DNA of 64,000 nt from an uncultured Phycisphaerales bacterium (GTDB lineage: Bacteria > Planctomycetota > Phycisphaerae > Phycisphaerales > UBA1924). Both the position numbers and the translations under genes were made by a program. The stretch lies in the NCBI GenBank assembly GCA_937997415.1, contig CALKVL010000017.1:44504-108503 (forward strand), read 5' to 3'. How positions within the stretch are numbered: the first letter of the stretch is position 1; the number at the start of each line of letters is the position of its first letter. Below are positions 59,582 to 64,000 of this stretch, in pieces. The notes beneath the pieces are model-generated. The model made no database searches, was not told where the DNA came from, and saw nothing but the letters and a program-made list of their open reading frames with translations.

Positions 59582-59599
59582 GAGTATGTGAGGAACTTG

Positions 59600-60082
59600 C
59601 TACCTGACGGGCCGGGGCACGTGCTGATCGATCAGGATCGGGTTGCCATCGGGATCGGTCAGCGTGATGTGTGCCGGGCCGGCGGAGTCGGGATCGGCGC
59701 GCAAGTCGAGCGTCAGCCCGCGGGACATCAGGACAGTCTGTATCTCACGCACATCATCGAACGCCGGGAGGGTCTTCGCAGAAGCATCCCAGCCCGGGTT
59801 GAAGGTAAGCGTGTTCTTCGGGAACATGCCTTGGAACAGGCCGATGGTGGTTGACCCGCTCTGCATGATGAGCCAGCCTTGTGCCGCGTTGCCGCCGAAG
59901 ACGCGGAACCCGAGTTTCTCATAAAACTCTCTCGAGGCGGAGAGATCCTTGACTGAGAGGCTGATGGAGAAGTGCCCCAGCGCAGGGCTGGGGGCGGGTC
60001 CGGATTGACTCTGATCGTCTTTCATTGTGGAGCATCCTGTCGCCAGCGCGGCCAACAGACTGAAACCTATGAAGAATTTCAT
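59600..60082 (-). CDS. VOC (glyoxalase/bleomycin-resistance fold) family lipoprotein
   Basis: Start re-picked at MKFFIGFSLLAALATGC (lipobox). HFSISLSVKDLSASREFYEKLGF and ITLTDPDGNPILIDQ are VOC-type motifs. Confidence 0.75.
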   Translation of the reverse strand: MKFFIGFSLLAALATGCSTMKDDQSQSGPAPSPALGHFSISLSVKDLSASREFYEKLGFRVFGGNAAQGWLIMQSGSTTIGLFQGMFPKNTLTFNPGWDASAKTLPAFDDVREIQTVLMSRGLTLDLRADPDSAGPAHITLTDPDGNPILIDQHVPRPVR

Positions 60083-60167
60083 GGTACGACCGTAGCAGCG
60101 AAACCGGAAGCTTACGACATCGGTCAGGCGGATTGTTAGGCCGGGGCTTGAATCCAAACCTTCGGGA

Positions 60168-61538
60168 TTATGAAGGGTCTATCGCCAGGGAGAGGGTGCT
60201 GATGACCTGATTGGCGAGAAGATAACCGGTCTCGCTCAGGCAGAAGGGTGTGTGTATCAGCAGGCCGCGTCCACGAAGTGCGTCCGCCGCGCGGTTCCAC
60301 CGCCGGCGAATCGCGGGATCAACTGAATCGGCACGTTCCAGAAACTGGTTTTCGTCGATCCCTTCGGCGAGACGGAGTCCTGTGAGAATGAACTCGATCA
60401 GCGCTCGCCGCGGATCGGGGGGTTCGGCATCGATGATCGGTGCGAAACCGTCATCGTCGAGCGAGAGGTAGTCGTCCAGCCGTGGAGTGTTTTTCCAACA
60501 CCATCCGGCGAAATGGCCGCTCGCCGCCGGCCCCGCGGCGAGCCAGTCTTTCTGCCGCCAATACGCGAGGTTGTGCCGGCATTCCGCGCCGGGACGGGCG
60601 AAGTTGCTCACTTCGTACCTGCGCATTCCCGCCGCGGCAAGGTCCGACACGGTATCGATGAACATATCCGCTTCGAGGTCTTCATCGATGCGGGAAAACT
60701 CGCCCCGCTGGTGGCGGGCGGTCATCGCCGTCCCCTGCTCGTACGTCAGGCCGTAGCACGAGAGGTGCTCTGTTCCGGCGGAGAGTGCGAGTCGAAGATC
60801 GCTTCGCCACTCGTCGATCGTCTGTCCGGGGATGCCAAAGATGAGATCCAGGGACTGCCTTTCGATCCCCGCTCGACGAGCCAGTTCGACCGCTCGAAAG
60901 ACATTGTCGGGGTCGTGCCAGCGCTCAAGGGTTTTGAGGTGCACGCGATTGAACGATTGTGCCCCGATGCTGACCCGGCTGACTCCCCCTGTGCGCAGGG
61001 TGTGCATCAGTTCTGGAGTGACTGTCTCCGGGTTGCACTCGACCGTGAACTCGCCGCCGCGGGATTCGATGCTCGATGCCCCGGCTGCACGGTCGAGTCC
61101 TTCGAGCAACAAGGCCCACAACTCCGGCCGAAGGAGGCTGGGGGTGCCTCCTCCGACAAAGATGGTGCCGATGTTCGGCTCCATGAAGGGAGCCAAGGCT
61201 TCGAGTTCGCGGAGAAGTCGGCGAGTAAAAGCTTCTTGCCTGTCCCGAGTGTCCACGATGCTGTAAAAGTCGCAGTAATGGCATTTATGGAAGCAGAATG
61301 GCACATGAATGTAGAGCGAACCCGCCGGGCTGTGTGGTTTCGCGGACTGAGAAAAAATAGTCCGTGCAGAACTGTTGGTCCTCACCGCCAAAGGGAGGCG
61401 TACCGGACTCGATGCACGAGCCGGATTCGGTGCAGGGTCGGAAAAGCCCGTTTCCTCATCGTGATCCATGATCTCACGAAGCGTACACGAGGTTGCCGCT
61501 GCGGGTGGAGCCTCGGAAGGGTTCTGACTTGGCTTCAA
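60168..61538 (-). CDS. hemW: Radical SAM heme chaperone HemW / HemN-like protein
   Basis: YIHVPFCFHKCHYCDF (CxxxCxxC), GGGTPSLL, and HemN C-terminal-like domain. The N-terminal approximately 70 aa are non-conserved, so the start is uncertain. Confidence 0.9.
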   Translation of the reverse strand: MKPSQNPSEAPPAAATSCTLREIMDHDEETGFSDPAPNPARASSPVRLPLAVRTNSSARTIFSQSAKPHSPAGSLYIHVPFCFHKCHYCDFYSIVDTRDRQEAFTRRLLRELEALAPFMEPNIGTIFVGGGTPSLLRPELWALLLEGLDRAAGASSIESRGGEFTVECNPETVTPELMHTLRTGGVSRVSIGAQSFNRVHLKTLERWHDPDNVFRAVELARRAGIERQSLDLIFGIPGQTIDEWRSDLRLALSAGTEHLSCYGLTYEQGTAMTARHQRGEFSRIDEDLEADMFIDTVSDLAAAGMRRYEVSNFARPGAECRHNLAYWRQKDWLAAGPAASGHFAGWCWKNTPRLDDYLSLDDDGFAPIIDAEPPDPRRALIEFILTGLRLAEGIDENQFLERADSVDPAIRRRWNRAADALRGRGLLIHTPFCLSETGYLLANQVISTLSLAIDPS

Positions 61539-61628
61539 CGGGTATCGGGCCGCTCCAAGAACCGCAACGGAGCGTCGGTCGCTCGCTGATCGGGACGGGT
61601 ACCATGAACCCTCACACAGGAGGTTGCC

Positions 61629-62279
61629 GTGCCGAGTCCTTCTGATTCGATCGATCCCGCGAACGGCGTATCACGCCGCAGTTTCATGCAGACGCTGGGG
61701 GCCTCAGCCGCCGCGGCGTCCATCACGAGCAGCGCACAAGCGCTGGAACAACGCCCTTCGTTGAAACGCGAGCCGGGTGTCGAAGGCCCCGGCCCCATCG
61801 ACATCGTGCTGGATGTCAACGGTCAACCCCGACGGCTTCGGGTCGAGCCGTCGACGACATTGCTGGAGGCACTTCGTCTTCAGATCGGCTTGACGGGCAC
61901 GAAGGAGATCTGCGATCGGGGCTCGTGCGGCGGTTGCTGCGTGATCCTCGATGGCAAACTGGTCAACGCCTGCATGATGTTCGCGGCGGATGCGGCCGGG
62001 GCTAAACTGACTACCGTCGAGGGCCTCGCGAGCGGCGGGGCGCTTCAACCGGTCCAGGAAGCCTTCATCAGGCACGATGCGCTGCAGTGCGGCTACTGCA
62101 CCCCGGGGTTCCTTGTGGCCAGTGCTTGGCTTCTCAAGGAAACACCCAAGCCCAGTCTGGATCAGATCAAGAAAGCCCTGTCCGGCAACATTTGCCGCTG
62201 CGGCACCTACACCAATGTGTTCAACGCCGTGCTCGAAGCCAGCGGGCAACCCGTGCTGATCGATCCGATCTTGTCCTAG
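61629..62279 (+). CDS. (2Fe-2S)-binding small subunit of a xanthine dehydrogenase-family molybdoenzyme, with TAT signal
   Basis: AGGAGG lies 6 nt before GTG 61629. SRRSFMQTLGASAAAASITSSAQA is a twin-arginine signal. CDRGSCGGCCV, QCGYCTPG and CRCGTY are Fe-S motifs. Confidence 0.9.
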   Translation: MPSPSDSIDPANGVSRRSFMQTLGASAAAASITSSAQALEQRPSLKREPGVEGPGPIDIVLDVNGQPRRLRVEPSTTLLEALRLQIGLTGTKEICDRGSCGGCCVILDGKLVNACMMFAADAAGAKLTTVEGLASGGALQPVQEAFIRHDALQCGYCTPGFLVASAWLLKETPKPSLDQIKKALSGNICRCGTYTNVFNAVLEASGQPVLIDPILS

Positions 62280-62367
62280 TCGAGGCAATCGTCGGAGGCT
62301 TTGGCAGTTCTCTTCAACTCTCGGTATCAACGTTCGAGAAGTCTTTACCGCGTTTCAGGATCTCCCC

Positions 62368-64000
62368 ATGCCCGATTCCACAGTACTGCTGCCGACGAAC
62401 AACCGTCCCGCGAACACGGGCAGTTCGATGAACGATGATGCTTCGCGCCTCGATGGGATTGCCAAGGTGACCGGCGCTGCCAAGTACGGCCGAGATGTCT
62501 ATGTCCCCAACTCGCTCTTTGTCGCGTTTGTCCGATGCCCGTGGGGCGTGGGCGAACTGGTGTCGAGCAACCGCGATGCGGCGATGAAAGTGCCCGGGGT
62601 GCTCGATGTGGAACTGACCAAGAAGGAGGGGCAGTACCACGGCGCCACAGTGGGGCACATGATCGCGGAGAGTCCAGCGGCGCTCAGTCGCGGCATGAGT
62701 GAACTGGCCTGTCGTTGGAAGAGACGTGAAGCCAAGACACGGCTCGCTGAAGAGATCGGCGAAGAGCCGCCTATCGGGGAGGCCGCCGCCGCGGCGCTGG
62801 CGAAGGGGTCGAAGAGGCTCGAGGCGGACTACTCGACAGAAGTGCAGACTCATAGTTCGCTCGAAACACACGGAGTCAGCATCGATTTCAAGTCCGATTC
62901 CGCGGTGGTCTACGCCAGCACCCAGGGCACGTTTTCGGTTCGCGATGGTCTGGATGAGCGTTTGAAACTGAAACGAAGCCAGTATGAGGTCGTCTGTGAG
63001 TACGTAGGCGGCGGGTTCGGCAGTAAACTCGGCGGGGCCGGAAAGGAAGGCATCACCGCCGCGATGATCGCGGCGAAGTACAACCGACCGGTCTATCTCT
63101 TCTGCAACCGCGCGGAGGAGCACCTCGACACGGGCAACCGTCCGGGGAGTCGCACCCGGGTCAGAATCGGGTTCAATGACGACGGAACGATCGTGGGTGG
63201 TGAGATACGGACTTGGGGCAGCGTCGGGCCCAATAAAAGCGGCGGAGGGTGCAACGTGCCCAGCGGCCGCTACAACCTCGGCGATACAAAGAAAGCCCAC
63301 GAGGATGTGGCTCTCAACGCCGGCATGCCCCGCGCCTTCCGCGCGCCGGGACACCCGCAGGGATCGTTCGCCGAGGAGATGATGCTCGATGAGGTGGCGT
63401 TCGCGTGCGGGCTAGACCCCCTCGCCCTGCGACTGAAACTCATCCGATCCGATGCCATCAAGGAGATGGCGAGTCTGGGCGCGAGGCAGATCGGGTGGGA
63501 TAATCGCCGGCCCACGGGCAGCCAGAAGGGCGTGGTGAGACGCGGCATGGGGATGGGTATCACCAGTTGGGGCCGTTTTCCTGCCGCGGTCGAGGCCGAG
63601 GTCGTGATCAACCAGGACGGCAGCATCGAGGCACGCACGGGCACGCAGGACATCGGCACCGGCCAGCGAACGATGGTCGGCATTGTGACGAGCAGCACGC
63701 TCGGTGTGTCGCTCGATGCCGTGACCGTGCGGATCGGCCGGTCAACCTTGCCGGAAGGCCCCGGCAGCGGCGGGAGTGTCACGGCGGTCAACAGCGCTCC
63801 TGCCTTCATCGCCGCGGCGGAGGACGCCAAGCGGAAGATGTTGGAGGCTCTGACCCAGCGGATGAACGCGGAACCCGGTGAACTCGATATCGCCGATGGC
63901 GTGATCCGCAGGGGGGAACGCAACGCGGTGCAGTGGAAAGACGCGTGCGCCATGCTGGGCAACGCCATCACGGGCAAGGGGGTGAACAACCGTGCCACTG
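62368..64000 (+). CDS. Molybdopterin-binding large subunit of a xanthine dehydrogenase-family oxidoreductase; 3' end cut by the window edge
   Basis: Not in the ORF track because it runs off the window end. My translation: MPDSTVLLPTNNRP...DGIAKVTGAAKYGRD...QTHSSLETHG...EYVGGGFGSKLG...RAPGHPQGSFAEEMMLDE... The frame is open to nt 64000. Antisense ORFs 62314..63354 and 63270..63998 are rejected. Confidence 0.85.
   Translation, partial: MPDSTVLLPTNNRPANTGSSMNDDASRLDGIAKVTGAAKYGRDVYVPNSLFVAFVRCPWGVGELVSSNRDAAMKVPGVLDVELTKKEGQYHGATVGHMIAESPAALSRGMSELACRWKRREAKTRLAEEIGEEPPIGEAAAAALAKGSKRLEADYSTEVQTHSSLETHGVSIDFKSDSAVVYASTQGTFSVRDGLDERLKLKRSQYEVVCEYVGGGFGSKLGGAGKEGITAAMIAAKYNRPVYLFCNRAEEHLDTGNRPGSRTRVRIGFNDDGTIVGGEIRTWGSVGPNKSGGGCNVPSGRYNLGDTKKAHEDVALNAGMPRAFRAPGHPQGSFAEEMMLDEVAFACGLDPLALRLKLIRSDAIKEMASLGARQIGWDNRRPTGSQKGVVRRGMGMGITSWGRFPAAVEAEVVINQDGSIEARTGTQDIGTGQRTMVGIVTSSTLGVSLDAVTVRIGRSTLPEGPGSGGSVTAVNSAPAFIAAAEDAKRKMLEALTQRMNAEPGELDIADGVIRRGERNAVQWKDACAMLGNAITGKGVNNRAT

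Noticed and set aside
60513-61589. 358-aa plus-strand ORF opposite hemW
   Set aside because: It is antisense to a radical-SAM gene with an intact CxxxCxxC motif.
62314-63998. Minus-strand ORFs 62314..63354 (346 aa) and 63270..63998 (242 aa)
   Set aside because: They are antisense to the molybdopterin-subunit gene, which is missing from the track only because it runs off the window end.
1-64000. Mobile elements, prophage genes, toxin-antitoxin pairs, and tRNA/rRNA genes
   Set aside because: No transposase, integrase or phage-like translations were found. No cloverleaf-like or rRNA-like sequences were noticed in intergenic gaps. Eye-scanning cannot exclude small ncRNAs, so tRNAscan/Infernal runs would be decisive.

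Overview
High-GC bacterial chromosomal segment with dense coding on both strands. I recognise about 47 protein genes. By eye I found no rRNA, tRNA, CRISPR array, transposase or integrase, though eye-scanning for tRNAs is weak. The gene content suggests a Planctomycetota (Phycisphaerae-like) genome, but this is inference only. Supporting signals are a prepilin-type N-methylation protein of the planctomycete kind, a giant protein with a basic N-terminus plus an LExRxLLS-type motif, a PEP-CTERM protein, Cys-terminated dockerin-like modules and an STK-WD40 kinase. Main blocks follow. (1) 1-4.5 kb: a Ser/Thr kinase diverges from a PadR regulator and its membrane partner. (2) 4.5-11.3 kb: a late flagellar module, flgL-fliW-csrA-flagellin-flagellin, in the same order as in Bacillus. 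(3) 11.3-15.5 kb, minus strand: pseudopilin, small TM ORF, exported S51 peptidase, membrane protein and kdsA. (4) Housekeeping genes: rpmI-rplT, yihY-like, rluB, pheA, lptB, hemW. (5) 22.7-32.3 kb: a roughly 3184-aa beta-helix/repeat surface protein. (6) 33.9-38.9 kb: a tetR-MFP-RND efflux operon. (7) 39.1-44.2 kb: a 1697-aa propeller-LamG-Kelch-lipase protein ending in a twin-loop dockerin-like module. The same module ends a 726-aa beta-helix protein at 52.3-54.5 kb, and a decayed copy lies at 55.4 kb. (8) A PEP-CTERM protein, a GT28/LpxH-like pair, ADH, GNAT, VOC, and a TAT-exported molybdoenzyme that is cut by the window end. The most interesting signals are the shared Cys-terminated dockerin-like anchor module, the non-classical N-terminal signal on the giant protein, the PadR/secretin-N-like sensor pair next to the flagellar genes, CsrA-type GGA boxes in both flagellin leaders, and two regulators with consensus promoters, embedded palindromic operators and apparently leaderless starts. 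The ORF track opens each ORF at the most upstream ATG/GTG/TTG and omits edge-truncated ORFs. It also contains many long antisense ORFs typical of GC-rich DNA. I therefore re-picked several starts and added two edge genes by my own translation.
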